Of a stretch of 64,000 nucleotides of DNA, positions 41,260 through 52,170 are shown one piece after another. Origin of the DNA: an uncultured Bdellovibrionales bacterium (lineage in GTDB: Bacteria; Patescibacteriota; Minisyncoccia; Moranbacterales; UBA1568). Both the position numbers and the translations under genes were made by a program. The notes beneath the pieces are model-generated. The model searched no databases. It saw only the letters and a program-made list of their open reading frames with translations, and was not told the DNA's origin. Position 1 is the first letter of the stretch. Every line of letters starts with the position of its first letter. The stretch is from contig CAYVHS010000002.1 of NCBI GenBank assembly GCA_964451495.1, positions 5,932-69,931 on the forward strand, in the 5' to 3' direction.

Positions 41260-41661
41260 TTATGGACAATTTGTGAAGTCTGCCCCAGTACTACTCGTAG
41301 TATTCACGTTAAGATCTGCCGAAACACACCCGCTAGCAGAAAGATCTGCTGTCGGTGTGATGCCCGTAATTGAAAACATTCCCGAGCCAGTTGCTCCACA
41401 ATCTTCGGATGCCACAGTGGCTGCCGCCCAATTAGTCGCATTTGTATTAGCAGGCAAGGCCCCGAGAGCTGTACTTAATGAACCATCACATTGAGAAGCC
41501 ATTGCGGCGACAGCACCGGATACTTCAGATTTGAATGCTGCTTTCTGGGATTTAGCCCTAGCACCAGAAAGACTCACTAACACAATAGACGCCAAAATAC
41601 CAATGATGGCAATAACAATCAGCAATTCGATGAGCGTAAAGCCCTTCAGCGTTTTTTTCAT
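41260..41661 (-). CDS. type IV pilin, tandem paralogue of 40834..41217
   Basis: [16 protein letters not shown]… The first ~110 nt are nearly identical at nucleotide level to the neighbouring pilin. Confidence 0.85.
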   Translation of the reverse strand: MKKTLKGFTLIELLIVIAIIGILASIVLVSLSGARAKSQKAAFKSEVSGAVAAMASQCDGSLSTALGALPANTNATNWAAATVASEDCGATGSGMFSITGITPTADLSASGCVSADLNVNTTSSTGADFTNCP

Positions 41662-41823
41662 AATTTACACCTCCTTCTTGTTTTTATTTTTATTCCTACT
41701 CCAAAAATCGTGAAGTAAAAGTCTGCTTTCACATCCGAACAAAGGATAGGATTAAAGGGTCTTATGTATCGCCCTTTATTTTTAAAAATTTAGAGATTAA
41801 AGTCTCCAAACCTCATCTCTATT

Positions 41824-43035
41824 CTACATCTGACCCGCAATATTGTAAATAGGCAAAAGCACTCCCACTGTCAATACTCCGACACCAATACCGAGGAAAA
41901 CTATAAGAGCCGGCTCCAAGAGAGTCGTCAGTGTTCTCGTCATATTGTCTACCTCTTGACTATAAAATTTAGCCACGCTATTTAATACTTTCGAGAGCGT
42001 TCCTGTTTCTTCACCGATACGGATCATCTGAGAAACAATGGGCGGAATCTGCTCCTCGGTATGGACAAACACAGCACTCATAGCTCCTCCAGCCTTCACC
42101 TCTTCAGCCGCTTTCATGATGATTTTTTCAAATACCTGGTTGCCAACTACTTCACTTACGATGATGAGTGCTCGCACTACTGGGATACCACCATTCAAGA
42201 GCACGCTCAAGTTTTCTGCAAACCGTGTGATGTAAATATCCTGCGCCAATGTACCGATAACTGGTATTTTGAGCACGATTATCTCCCATTCGCGCCTGCC
42301 TGATTCCGACCGGATATAATACACAAATGCACCAATACCAGCAAAAATAACCAGTAAGACCGACATCCAGTTCTGGTTCATGAAATCACCAATATTCACC
42401 AAGACGGTCGTATACCATGGCACGGCTACTTTGATATCCTTAATCAAAACCGTGATCTTCGGAAGAATGAACGTCACCACAAGAAATCCGACTATACCCG
42501 CGACAGACATAACAAACATCGGGTAATACAGCGCTCCTCTGATTTTTGCTGTCAATTGATAGTCTTTCTCGATATGATCGGCCACGAAAGTAATCGATTT
42601 TTGGAGACTACCAGACACTTCTCCTGCGCGGATCATATTGACGGTCAGTGGAGAAAAAACATCGACGTGCTGCTCCATGGCCTCAGAAAGTGGCATCCCA
42701 TCCTCGATATCATCACTCATCTCTTTTACAATCAATCGCAAATACTTATTGCCGAATTGCTCGCTGATCGTGGTGAGCGATGAGACGATCGGAACGCGCG
42801 CCTCAATCAGTGTTGCTAATTGCTGAAAAAACGTCACGAGTTCTTTTTGACTCACGCCTTCCCAGATCTTCTCAATACTTTTCATGAAATCTGCCGAGCG
42901 TTCTTCTTCTTTGATAGAGATAGGCGTAAGACCATTTTTCTCCAAAATCTGCGCGGCGGCTTCTTGACTCAACGCTTCGACAGCTCCCTCACGGATTTGT
43001 CCGGCGTCATTTTTAGCTTTGAAATTAAACTTCAT
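41824..43035 (-). CDS. pilC: type IV pilus assembly platform protein PilC/GspF family
   Basis: 403 aa with two GspF repeats and three TM segments. Confidence 0.9.
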   Translation of the reverse strand: MKFNFKAKNDAGQIREGAVEALSQEAAAQILEKNGLTPISIKEEERSADFMKSIEKIWEGVSQKELVTFFQQLATLIEARVPIVSSLTTISEQFGNKYLRLIVKEMSDDIEDGMPLSEAMEQHVDVFSPLTVNMIRAGEVSGSLQKSITFVADHIEKDYQLTAKIRGALYYPMFVMSVAGIVGFLVVTFILPKITVLIKDIKVAVPWYTTVLVNIGDFMNQNWMSVLLVIFAGIGAFVYYIRSESGRREWEIIVLKIPVIGTLAQDIYITRFAENLSVLLNGGIPVVRALIIVSEVVGNQVFEKIIMKAAEEVKAGGAMSAVFVHTEEQIPPIVSQMIRIGEETGTLSKVLNSVAKFYSQEVDNMTRTLTTLLEPALIVFLGIGVGVLTVGVLLPIYNIAGQM

Positions 43036-43088
43036 ACTCTTTATAACTTGAACGGGTTATTATTTTTATGACGAAAACGAGAAAAAAA

Positions 43089-44180
43089 TTATGATAACTT
43101 CTCTTTGTTTCCTATAAGCATTTGGACATAATCACGATTCTTGGAATAGGTGAGTGCATCATTGATCGATATGAGTCCCCGCCTGACGAGGTCCGCAAGC
43201 GATCGGTCAAGAGATATCATACCATCTTTCAGGCTTGTTTCTATGACCGAATCCAACTGATGCACTTTATTCTCTCGAATGAGGTTTTCGACCGCATGGT
43301 TCTTGAACATAATCTCTACGACCGGAATACGACCACCACCTGACTGTGGGAGGAGTCGCTGGGAAATAACCCCCAAGAGTACGCTCGCGAGCTGTGATCT
43401 GATCTGATTCTGCTGGTGTGCCGGGAAAACATCGATGACACGATCGATAGTCTGGGCGCTATCATTGGTATGGAGTGTCGCAAAAATGAGATGACCTGTC
43501 TCCGCTGCCGTCATGGCCGTACTAATCGTTTCCAAATCACGAAGCTCGCCGAGGAGTACTACATTGGCATCTTCACGGAATACTGCACGCAAAGCATCGG
43601 GGAATGTCTTGGCATCCCGACCGACTTCACGCTGATTGATGATGCAACGGTCCTGGTTGTACACAAATTCAATCGGGTCTTCGATCGTCACAATATGTTT
43701 CTCTTGGTTATGATTGATATAGTCGATAATCGCCGCGAGTGTCGTCGATTTCCCGTGACCGACGGGCCCAGTGACCAACACTAATCCCTGTGAATAATTT
43801 GTAAATTCATACAAACTCGAAGGAATATTCAATTCCTCCAGGCTGCGCAAACGATCCATGACAAAACGCATCGTCACACTCACATAACCCTTCTGGAAAA
43901 AAACGTTCGTACGAAAACGCACCCGATCCTCGAAGTTATATGAAAAGTCTGTCTGTCCCAGAGAAAGCAGCTCTTGCTTCTTATCCTCCGTCAACATCAC
44001 GTCAGAAAGAGCCTTGGTATCAGCTGGCGTGAGAATCTTTTCCTGAGTAATCGGATGCAATTTCCCATCGATACGAAGCGTGGGATATCTCCCCACTACC
44101 AAATGAAGATCCGAAGCCCCTTGCTGACCAACCAAGAGAAGAAGATTCTTCAAATGCTGTTCGACATGTAGTGTTTCCAT
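43089..44180 (-). CDS. pilT: twitching-motility/retraction ATPase PilT
   Basis: 363 aa with Walker A GPVGHGKSTT; PilT-type core. Confidence 0.85.
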   Translation of the reverse strand: METLHVEQHLKNLLLLVGQQGASDLHLVVGRYPTLRIDGKLHPITQEKILTPADTKALSDVMLTEDKKQELLSLGQTDFSYNFEDRVRFRTNVFFQKGYVSVTMRFVMDRLRSLEELNIPSSLYEFTNYSQGLVLVTGPVGHGKSTTLAAIIDYINHNQEKHIVTIEDPIEFVYNQDRCIINQREVGRDAKTFPDALRAVFREDANVVLLGELRDLETISTAMTAAETGHLIFATLHTNDSAQTIDRVIDVFPAHQQNQIRSQLASVLLGVISQRLLPQSGGGRIPVVEIMFKNHAVENLIRENKVHQLDSVIETSLKDGMISLDRSLADLVRRGLISINDALTYSKNRDYVQMLIGNKEKLS

Positions 44181-44236
44181 AGATTAAGGTAGGTTTGATA
44201 TTACTCACTATAACAAATTATCATCGCACAAAATAG

Positions 44237-45919
44237 TTATTCCTCATCGATAAGCATCTTCCCTTCCGTTACACGTTCAATCTCAGCAAGCGTTGTTATT
44301 CCCTGCAAAGCCTTGAGCAGACCATCTTGTTTCATCGTCAACATCCCCTGCCTCAGGGCTTCATTGTGTATTTCGACATCGTTTCCGTGTTTTTCAGTGA
44401 TGATATTCTGCATCTCATTGCCAATACCGATAACTTCATAGATAGCGATACGTCCCTTATACCCAGACTGACCGCATTGTTCGCAGCCCTTTCCGTAATA
44501 AAAAACACATTTTTGCTTGGAATCAAGCTTATACGCTGTCACTTCTTCCGGAGCAATAGTATGGAAAATATCCGTCACGCGTTTACGTTGAAATTCAGTC
44601 AAAACAAACTCTTCTTTGCAGTGCTCACAAATACGTCTGACCAGACGCTGGGCAGCAACTGCTTGTAATGCCGAAGCAAGCAAAAAAGGTTCTATACCCA
44701 TGTCGATAAGCCGAGGAACCGATCCTGCTGCATCGTTTGTATGGAGTGTCGAAAATACAAGATGGCCCGTAAGAGCTGCATGGATAGCCAATTCTGCTGT
44801 CTCACCATCACGAATTTCTCCCACCATGATAACGTTGGGGTCCTGACGGAGAATAGAGCGCAGTCCAGCAGCAAACGTATACCCGATTTCTGGCCTGATC
44901 TGACTCTGGTTTATGCCTTCGACGAAATATTCCACAGGGTCTTCGAGAGTAATAATATTACGCTCTTCCTGGTTCAAAATTTGCAGAAATGCGTACAATG
45001 TTGTCGACTTCCCTGACCCAGTAGGCCCTGTGATGAGAACAATCCCAAATGGCTCACGAATCTTTGTTTCCAGCACAGAACGATTCTTGCCCCATAATCC
45101 GAGCTTCTCGAGATCGCTCACGTTGGAACTCTTGTCGAGAACACGCATAACGATTTTTTCCCCATCCATAACCGGCAGACTCGAAACACGCAAATCGATC
45201 GAAATCTTTTCACCATCGAAACGGAAGCGACCGTCTTGCGGTTTACGTTTCTCATCAATTTTCATATTGGCCAAAATCTTGATACGCGAAATCACAGCTC
45301 GTCCTACTTCTGAAGGAAACACAAGCTGCGAACGAAGCAATCCGTCCACGCGAAAACGCACTCGGTAGCTCCCATCAATGGGTTCGATATGGATATCACT
45401 TGCGCGATTTTCCATAGCATGTTTCACGACCACCTCCACGAGCTTGGCGATCGGCGCATCCTGAAACACTTCTGCATTCTTATCTTTCTTGTCAGCTGCC
45501 TTGACAGTAGTAATTTCTTCGGCGTCTTTCTTTAATGAAAGAATAGCTTCTTTCAGGGCGGTATCTGTTCCCGAATACAGTTTTACAACGTCCTGAAAAA
45601 TCCTCTCTGTTGTGAGATAAATCTCTATGCTTAGCCGCTCTTTTTCGGCAAGAAACCGGAGCACATTGAGTGCCTCAAAATCCTCAGGGTTGAGCATGAC
45701 CACATGCAGAATATTCTCTTCTTCCCGAAAAGCGGCCATTTTATACCTCCTGGCCGTTTCTTCGGGTATGATAGCCAATACGTTTTTGTCTATGTTCTGG
45801 GGCGCAGCCTCAAGAAAGGGTATCTTGAGAGCCTGTGCCTGAGCAGAAACAACCGACACTTCGTCGGTTGCTATCACTGGTTGGTCTTGTGTTTGATTCG
45901 AAGTGGTTTCTGCTGGCAT
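44237..45919 (-). CDS. pilB: type IV pilus assembly ATPase PilB/GspE
   Basis: 560 aa with Walker A GPTGSGKSTT, a tetra-Cys motif (CEHCKEE…CEQCGQSG) and an N-terminal GSPII domain. Confidence 0.9.
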   Translation of the reverse strand: MPAETTSNQTQDQPVIATDEVSVVSAQAQALKIPFLEAAPQNIDKNVLAIIPEETARRYKMAAFREEENILHVVMLNPEDFEALNVLRFLAEKERLSIEIYLTTERIFQDVVKLYSGTDTALKEAILSLKKDAEEITTVKAADKKDKNAEVFQDAPIAKLVEVVVKHAMENRASDIHIEPIDGSYRVRFRVDGLLRSQLVFPSEVGRAVISRIKILANMKIDEKRKPQDGRFRFDGEKISIDLRVSSLPVMDGEKIVMRVLDKSSNVSDLEKLGLWGKNRSVLETKIREPFGIVLITGPTGSGKSTTLYAFLQILNQEERNIITLEDPVEYFVEGINQSQIRPEIGYTFAAGLRSILRQDPNVIMVGEIRDGETAELAIHAALTGHLVFSTLHTNDAAGSVPRLIDMGIEPFLLASALQAVAAQRLVRRICEHCKEEFVLTEFQRKRVTDIFHTIAPEEVTAYKLDSKQKCVFYYGKGCEQCGQSGYKGRIAIYEVIGIGNEMQNIITEKHGNDVEIHNEALRQGMLTMKQDGLLKALQGITTLAEIERVTEGKMLIDEE

Positions 45920-45933
45920 ACCAGACGAGTCTA

Positions 45934-46722
45934 TTACTGGAAAGGATTAGGTTTTCCTGCGGTGGTATACTCAAGATCAGCGATGGGACTCGTGATTCTA
46001 TCCAACGCTTTCTTGGGAACCGAAAAATCAAATTCAGATTTACTGAAAATAGGTGTAGCCATAGCTGTCTTGACTGCTCTCCCAGGAAAATAATCAAATC
46101 TCGCTTTAAATGTCCCCATGAGGTTTCCCGTTGTCTTAGGAGCAGATGGTTTTGCATCTGTTGTTGCCTCAGTTTCTTTGGATGTTTCGATAGCGAAATC
46201 ATTTACTATATGGAATCGATCCATATGAGAAATACGATCGAAAAAAGCTTTTATATTTTCATATGATCCTCGTACTTCTACAGAAGCGATATAGCTCTCC
46301 GCTACAGGGTCTTTGAAGACGGGCTCAGAAAGAACCTCTCCGGTCGCGGGATTGATAACTGGTTCTACCACAGCAGTCACTTTCAGAGGCTCTTCCATTG
46401 CCATATCAGTAATTGAAAGCCCTGTCTGTGTCGTCAGAAAATTGAAAGCATCGATCACTCGGCCCTGATCCATCTGTTTCGGGAGATAGCGCTCCATAAA
46501 TTGTGTCAACTCTTTTTTGCTATCTAGTGACTGACTGAGTGCATCGACGTTATTCACTACGGACTCAATATTAGCCACTTGATTTGATTTTTTTGCCAAC
46601 TCTACCTTTTGTGTTTCGAGAACCTCGAGCCCCGGCTGTATATAGCCGATAGAAAGAACAAGAACCATGACAATAAAGAAGGGAACAATGAGTACTTTTA
46701 ATCGCATAAAATAGTAATTCAA
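45934..46722 (-). CDS. pilO: PilO-like pilus assembly protein
   Basis: Bitopic protein with a coiled-coil and periplasmic domain; position between pilN and pilB supports the call. Confidence 0.55.
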   Translation of the reverse strand: MNYYFMRLKVLIVPFFIVMVLVLSIGYIQPGLEVLETQKVELAKKSNQVANIESVVNNVDALSQSLDSKKELTQFMERYLPKQMDQGRVIDAFNFLTTQTGLSITDMAMEEPLKVTAVVEPVINPATGEVLSEPVFKDPVAESYIASVEVRGSYENIKAFFDRISHMDRFHIVNDFAIETSKETEATTDAKPSAPKTTGNLMGTFKARFDYFPGRAVKTAMATPIFSKSEFDFSVPKKALDRITSPIADLEYTTAGKPNPFQ

Positions 46723-46734
46723 ATAATGGTAAAT

Positions 46735-47274
46735 TTATTTCGCAATACTAGGAAGAGGCGTTTCCAATTCAAACGCAATTTTCCCTTCTTTCGATCGATC
46801 GATAGTGGCCACCCGAATATCGGAAAAAGTACTTTTTTTCTTGAGCGCCAATATCTGCTGGGCAAGAAATTTGAAATTATCCGTGGTTCCTGCCACAATA
46901 ATTTTCCCATCTTCTCTGTTATAGTCATACTTAGTCAAGATAATCTCGGGTACCATACTGCCCTCTAATTCCGTCAAAAGAGCCTGAGAATCAACCATAA
47001 CTGCATCCTGAGAAATAAGGATGGTCCGATCAGCAAAATCAGCCACTCTGTCGAAGTTTTTCCCAGCGAGCCTCGTGGCGCTATCGGCAATGGCCGCATC
47101 CATCGTAGCGATTTGATTGTTGATATCCCGGGTCTGCCACTCTAGCCAGCCCCAAAAACCAGTAACAACCAAAAAAATAACAAAACTTCCAACAAGCCCT
47201 TTATCAAACAAGGATCCTTTCTTGCTCCCCTGTCTGCCCTCCTGCATCGATTGTGAAAGATTAATCCCAGCCAT
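46735..47274 (-). CDS. pilN: PilN-like pilus assembly protein
   Basis: 179 aa bitopic protein immediately downstream of pilM. Confidence 0.6.
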   Translation of the reverse strand: MAGINLSQSMQEGRQGSKKGSLFDKGLVGSFVIFLVVTGFWGWLEWQTRDINNQIATMDAAIADSATRLAGKNFDRVADFADRTILISQDAVMVDSQALLTELEGSMVPEIILTKYDYNREDGKIIVAGTTDNFKFLAQQILALKKKSTFSDIRVATIDRSKEGKIAFELETPLPSIAK

Positions 47275-47320
47275 TTTATTTTTATCTTAATAATTATGCC
47301 CTACTGGGCTTGATATATTT

Positions 47321-48400
47321 TCAGAGTAATTTTTTCTCTTTTTTCTTCTCCAGTGCATCCACTCCACTAAATGCCAAACCCAGAGCTACAGAAAATGAAG
47401 CGCCTAATTTTTCAATAACCGGAGCCAGACTCGGATCATACATCACACGCTCCCATGGATTGCCGATACTGATGGGCAGATTGAATAATTGTGAATAATA
47501 CCGCACCAAACCAGCTAGTTGTGCCGTCCCACCAGAGAGGACTACCTCTTGGCATTGTATCTCCGGATACTTCGTAGCATACGACACAAGCATTCGTTCA
47601 CCTTCGCTCGCTATCATTTGGAGCGCGGGAAACACGAGTGCCGACTCTGGATTATTCAGAAAATCTTTCCCACTTTTTTTCAGTGTTTCAGCTCTCTCCT
47701 GCGTGATACTGAAACCATCCATAATCGTATGCGTAATATCACGGCCTCCCACGTCGAGGTTGCGACTCACGCGGACGATTCCATCTTCGACCAAGATGAG
47801 GTTGGTTGCTCGTGAGCCGATATCAATAAGCATCGAGAGGCCTGGTCGGTTGCCTATGATCGAACGTACAAGAGAAAACGTTTCCAACTCAAGAAAATCC
47901 AATCCGATATGCGTGGACCTCATATAGCCTTCATATCGCTCCACTTCTTTGTTGAGAGCTGCGACCAAAAGTACCTCCATTTTCGGCTTGCCATCATTCC
48001 TCGGAGGGCGCGTACCGATTACATCCCAACTGAGCGCTACTTCATCAAGAGAAGACGGGACGTATTTGTGTGCTTCAAACCGAATCGCTTCTTGCAGCTC
48101 ACTCTCAGCCATTTCTGGAAATTCAATAAGCGAGATGAGACCGATGAACGCGGGCATGGCTATATACGCCCCACGGCTCTTCGGATGAAAACGTTCCAAA
48201 AGCGCCCGCAAATACAAAACAACTTCTTCATCGTACGACCGATCAGAAGGAGACGCTCCTCTTTTTTCGAGAGCCGACAAATCAACCTGGCCATAATTAA
48301 CCAGAACCGGTTTGCCATCTTCCATCGTCAGCTCGACAGCCTTGATGAGAGACGTCCCAAAATCAATGCCTAAAAAGTAAGGTTTACCGAAGCCAAACAT
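47321..48400 (-). CDS. pilM: type IV pilus assembly protein PilM (actin-like ATPase fold)
   Basis: FLGIDFGTSLIKAVEL… N-terminus; the remainder has a FtsA/actin-like architecture. Confidence 0.85.
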   Translation of the reverse strand: MFGFGKPYFLGIDFGTSLIKAVELTMEDGKPVLVNYGQVDLSALEKRGASPSDRSYDEEVVLYLRALLERFHPKSRGAYIAMPAFIGLISLIEFPEMAESELQEAIRFEAHKYVPSSLDEVALSWDVIGTRPPRNDGKPKMEVLLVAALNKEVERYEGYMRSTHIGLDFLELETFSLVRSIIGNRPGLSMLIDIGSRATNLILVEDGIVRVSRNLDVGGRDITHTIMDGFSITQERAETLKKSGKDFLNNPESALVFPALQMIASEGERMLVSYATKYPEIQCQEVVLSGGTAQLAGLVRYYSQLFNLPISIGNPWERVMYDPSLAPVIEKLGASFSVALGLAFSGVDALEKKKEKKLL

Positions 48401-48622
48401 GTCTTTGTATTTGTCTTACACCATATTCATCCTAACGTATCCACTATACCATATTCTTTTCATTTGCAAAAGAGCATCTCTTCCCAAAACGCTCCTTCTA
48501 GCCAGGTTGACCCTGTCTCATATTTTGGTACAAAAAGAAGTGTCATATCATACTCAAGCCGAAGACACCTATCGGCTTTATCTGCCGCCTTACTAACCAG
48601 ACTTACCCAATATCAGACAGAG

Positions 48623-48651
48623 TTGACATTCCTCTCTAAAAAAAATAGAAT
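48623..48651 (+). promoter_or_regulatory. near-consensus sigma70 promoter upstream of the clpC-like gene
   Basis: TTGACA, a 17-nt spacer, then TAGAAT. Immediately downstream are two short palindromes, AGAGTACTCT and AGAGCTCT. Confidence 0.5.
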
Positions 48652-48818
48652 GTAGAGTACTCTTTCAACTAGAGCTCTGGCTCCATGACCGATAGTAAAA
48701 CTTCGACTTCATAGAAGAAAACGATGAATATTGTAGTTATAAAAGAAAGAAAATTAGTATTAATTTGAAATCTCATACAGCTCATACAAAAAAGCTGTCA
48801 AAGTTTCACTGACCGGGT

Positions 48819-51305
48819 ATGCTCGAAACAGCTTTCAACCAAAAACTCTCCCTCCATGCAAGACATAGCTTCAAAGAAGCTCGAGATATCACGCGCTATA
48901 CTCGTCATGAAACGATAGAGCCGGAACACCTCCTCTTGGCTATTTTCCTCGAAAACGGCAGTCTCGGGAGCATCCTCCTCGAAAACATCGGCTTTGAGAA
49001 AGAACGTCTCGCCAAACTGTGTCTCAAAAAGAAAAGCAAAGGAAAAATATTGCCATCCACCCGTACCTTACCACTCTCGCCATCGCTCAAAAACATTCTT
49101 CGTCGCGCATATCTTTTGGCGAGTGAATTCAACTATCCCTACGTCGGCACCGAACACCTCGTCTACGCCCTCATGGAATCAGAGCACGCAGCCATAGAAG
49201 ATATCCTTCTTTCTCTCGAAATAGAGGAGAAAAAGATTTACTCGACCCTTGAAGCACACCTCAATTTTGATCATTTCCCTCAACTCGGGAAAATGCTCGA
49301 CCTCCCCGAAGGCACCTCTTCTACCAAGCACAAGGCCCTGGGTTCTCAAGCAGCATCATTCCTCAGTCAGTTCACTATCGACATGGGAGAGAAATCAGAG
49401 GAGCAACAGGAAGTTTTTGTCGGTCGCGAAAAAGAGCTCGCTCGCATGATCCAGGTCCTCACTCGAAAAAATAAGAACAATCCTCTCCTCATCGGAGACC
49501 CTGGCGTCGGCAAGACCGCACTCGTCTCTGCACTCGAACAAAAAATACGGAGAGGTGAAGTCCCTCATGCACTTATCGGCAAGCGTATCCTCTCTCTCGA
49601 TCTCACACTTATCGTCGCGGGTACCAATTTCCGTGGCGAATTCGAAGCGCGCCTCAAAGAAATCATTCAGGAAGCTTCGCGAGATAAAAATATCGTCCTT
49701 TTCATCGACGAAATCCATACGATTGTCGGTGCGGGCAACACGAGCGGCGGGCTCGATGCAGCCAATATCCTGAAACCAGCTCTTTCTCGGGGTGAAATAC
49801 GCGTCATCGGCGCTACGACTCTGACCGAATACAAACGCCATATCGAAAAAGACCCCGCGCTCGAACGCCGCTTCCAATCCATCATGGTCGCCGAACCAAC
49901 CCCGGACGAAGCAAAACATATCCTCCTCGATATCAAATCAGGCTACGAAACATTCCATCATATCAGTCTCACGCCGGCTATCATCGATAGGGCCGTCGAT
50001 CTTTCTGTCCGCTATATCTCCGACCGATTCCTCCCCGACAAAGCTCTCGATATCATTGACGAGGCCTCCGCACTCGCCAAGCACGGCCAAGATCATTCCT
50101 CATCTATCCAAGAACTTTTCCGTCTCGAAAAAATGAAACAGACCGTGACACTTACCAAAGAATCGCTCATAAAAAATGAACGGTACGATGAAGCTGCCAA
50201 GCAACGTGCAGAAGAGAAAATCATCACAGAACAAATTGCCAACCTCAAAAAGAAACATCATGAAGAATCGACTCGTAAGCGCACTCTGGTAACCGACGAA
50301 CACCTGCTCCAAACCATTTCGCAGATGACCAACATCCCCTTCGCGAAACTTTCCGAAGAAAAGCCACGCGAAAAACTCATTCATCTGCGAACCGTCCTCG
50401 AAGAACGACTTATCGGACAAAAGGAAATCATAGAGTCCCTCGAACAAACACTCGCTCGATCGCTTTCGAACATAAGCGACCCCGATCGTCCGCTCGGATC
50501 ATTCCTCTTCCTCGGACCAACCGGCGTCGGAAAAACACTCATCAGCAAAATCCTCGCAGAGGAATTCTTTGGCGACAAAAGCGCTCTCATTCGCCTCGAT
50601 ATGAGCGAATTCATGGAGCGCCATAGTGTCGCGCAGATACTCGGATCTCCTGCTGGCTACATCGGCTATGGCGATGGTGGCAAACTCACCGAAACGATAC
50701 GGCGCAAGCCCTACTCCGTCGTCCTCTTCGACGAAATCGAAAAGGCTCACCCTGACGTATTCAATATCCTCCTCCAGATCCTCGATGAAGGCACTCTAAC
50801 TGACGCAGAGGGCCGCAAAGTGAGCTTCAAAAACGCCCTGATTATCCTCACATCCAATATCGGTACTACTGCCTTTACTCAGACTGCTAAAATCGGTTTT
50901 GACAAGCATATCGATGAGCAGGGTATTCATGAACAATTCAATGCCATCAAACGAGAAGTCCTTCTCGAGCTCAAGAAAGAAATGCGACCAGAACTCCTCG
51001 CCCGTCTCGACCACACCCTCGTATTCAATGCTCTCACCAAAGCCTCCATCCTCGACATCACCAAGCTCGAAATGGCTCGATTCACCACACGACTAAAGGG
51101 TCGAGGAGTCACGCTCCGCTATCCTGCCGCTGTCACCAATTTCATCGCAAAAAAAAGCTTCTCTCCAGAACAAGGTGCTCGCCTCATCAGAAAGAACATC
51201 CAAGAATTCGTCGAAAAAGTCGTGGCCGAAAAACTCATCCATACCCCCGAAACCAAAGCGCTCAGGCTAACAGTAAAAAATGATACGCTCGGCTGTTTAC
51301 CCTAA
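48819..51305 (+). CDS. clpC: Clp/Hsp100 AAA+ chaperone, ClpC-like (two NBDs, Clp_N repeats, short middle domain)
   Basis: Walker A motifs GDPGVGKTA and GPTGVGKTL; an N-terminal double Clp_N repeat; about 60-aa linker between the NBDs. Confidence 0.8.
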   Translation: MLETAFNQKLSLHARHSFKEARDITRYTRHETIEPEHLLLAIFLENGSLGSILLENIGFEKERLAKLCLKKKSKGKILPSTRTLPLSPSLKNILRRAYLLASEFNYPYVGTEHLVYALMESEHAAIEDILLSLEIEEKKIYSTLEAHLNFDHFPQLGKMLDLPEGTSSTKHKALGSQAASFLSQFTIDMGEKSEEQQEVFVGREKELARMIQVLTRKNKNNPLLIGDPGVGKTALVSALEQKIRRGEVPHALIGKRILSLDLTLIVAGTNFRGEFEARLKEIIQEASRDKNIVLFIDEIHTIVGAGNTSGGLDAANILKPALSRGEIRVIGATTLTEYKRHIEKDPALERRFQSIMVAEPTPDEAKHILLDIKSGYETFHHISLTPAIIDRAVDLSVRYISDRFLPDKALDIIDEASALAKHGQDHSSSIQELFRLEKMKQTVTLTKESLIKNERYDEAAKQRAEEKIITEQIANLKKKHHEESTRKRTLVTDEHLLQTISQMTNIPFAKLSEEKPREKLIHLRTVLEERLIGQKEIIESLEQTLARSLSNISDPDRPLGSFLFLGPTGVGKTLISKILAEEFFGDKSALIRLDMSEFMERHSVAQILGSPAGYIGYGDGGKLTETIRRKPYSVVLFDEIEKAHPDVFNILLQILDEGTLTDAEGRKVSFKNALIILTSNIGTTAFTQTAKIGFDKHIDEQGIHEQFNAIKREVLLELKKEMRPELLARLDHTLVFNALTKASILDITKLEMARFTTRLKGRGVTLRYPAAVTNFIAKKSFSPEQGARLIRKNIQEFVEKVVAEKLIHTPETKALRLTVKNDTLGCLP

Positions 51306-51341
51306 ACTACTACTCAGTCCCGAGGTACCTATTGCTACGCT

Positions 51342-52082
51342 ATGGCGTTCTCACAAAAACTGGCCAACCTCTTACGATCTGGCACAAAACATCTTCTCGA
51401 TATCGTATTCCCCATTTTTTGTCTGGGCTGTGAACAGCCTGAGGAGTGGCTCTGCGCCAATTGTCGATCCAGAATCCCTCTACTCGAAGAGCACCGTTGC
51501 CCCCGCTGCTACCACCATATCACCCCGTTTGGCTGCACCTGTATCGCCTGTTCGGAGCACTCTTCCCTCGATGGCGTCTTTGTAGCGAGTCACTACAAAA
51601 TCCCCGTTCTGGCACGAGCTATTCACAGCTATAAATATCGTTTCGTATCAGATCTAGCCGAGCCCCTCGGTCTTTTCCTCGCAGACGCTCTCCGCCGCAC
51701 CGATCTCCCCCTGCCGGATTTCATCATCCCCGTACCGCTTCATCCCAGACGTCTCCGCTTCCGCGGCTTCAATCAGTCCGAACTCCTTGCAAGGGTCCTC
51801 GCACAGCATATCGCTCCCGGCATAGATATTTCCGTGCTCGGACATACACTCATGCGCACCCGCTATACGAGACCACAAATGAAGGCGCATTCACGCAAAG
51901 AACGTCTCGGTAATCTGAAAGGGGCATTCGCTCTCGACAAAAAAACAAGAAAAATACTCCAGGGAACTACGCTCTGGCTCGTCGATGATGTCGCTACTAC
52001 TGGTACCACACTCGAAGAATGCGCCAAAATCCTCAAAAAGGCTGGGGCTCGCCACGTATTTGGCATCGTCCTGGCTCGCTAA
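51342..52082 (+). CDS. comFC: ComF family protein (ComFC; phosphoribosyltransferase domain with N-terminal Zn ribbon)
   Basis: CLGCEQ…CANC…CPRC…CTCIAC N-terminus and the PRT motif LVDDVATTGTT. Confidence 0.8.
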   Translation: MAFSQKLANLLRSGTKHLLDIVFPIFCLGCEQPEEWLCANCRSRIPLLEEHRCPRCYHHITPFGCTCIACSEHSSLDGVFVASHYKIPVLARAIHSYKYRFVSDLAEPLGLFLADALRRTDLPLPDFIIPVPLHPRRLRFRGFNQSELLARVLAQHIAPGIDISVLGHTLMRTRYTRPQMKAHSRKERLGNLKGAFALDKKTRKILQGTTLWLVDDVATTGTTLEECAKILKKAGARHVFGIVLAR

Positions 52083-52122
52083 AGCCACACCCAAAGCAAC
52101 TCGCTAGTCTGCTCAAAAAAGG

Positions 52123-52144
52123 ATTACGTAACTGATTACGTAAT
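52123..52144. repeat. hairpin ATTACGTAA-CTGA-TTACGTAAT between convergent comFC and DUF1295 genes (copy 2 of repeated palindromic motif)
   Basis: 9-bp perfect stem. Shares the core TACGTAAC[C/T]GATTACGTA with 25025..25044. Confidence 0.6.
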
Positions 52145-52170
52145 TCTTTTCTTAACATGTATTGCCAAAC

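Noticed and set aside
40934-41713. Plus-strand ORFs 40934..41245 and 41531..41713 sharing the peptide [22 protein letters not shown]
   Set aside because: The shared peptide is the antisense translation of the duplicated pilin 5' block, so it supports the pilin duplication rather than indicating separate genes.
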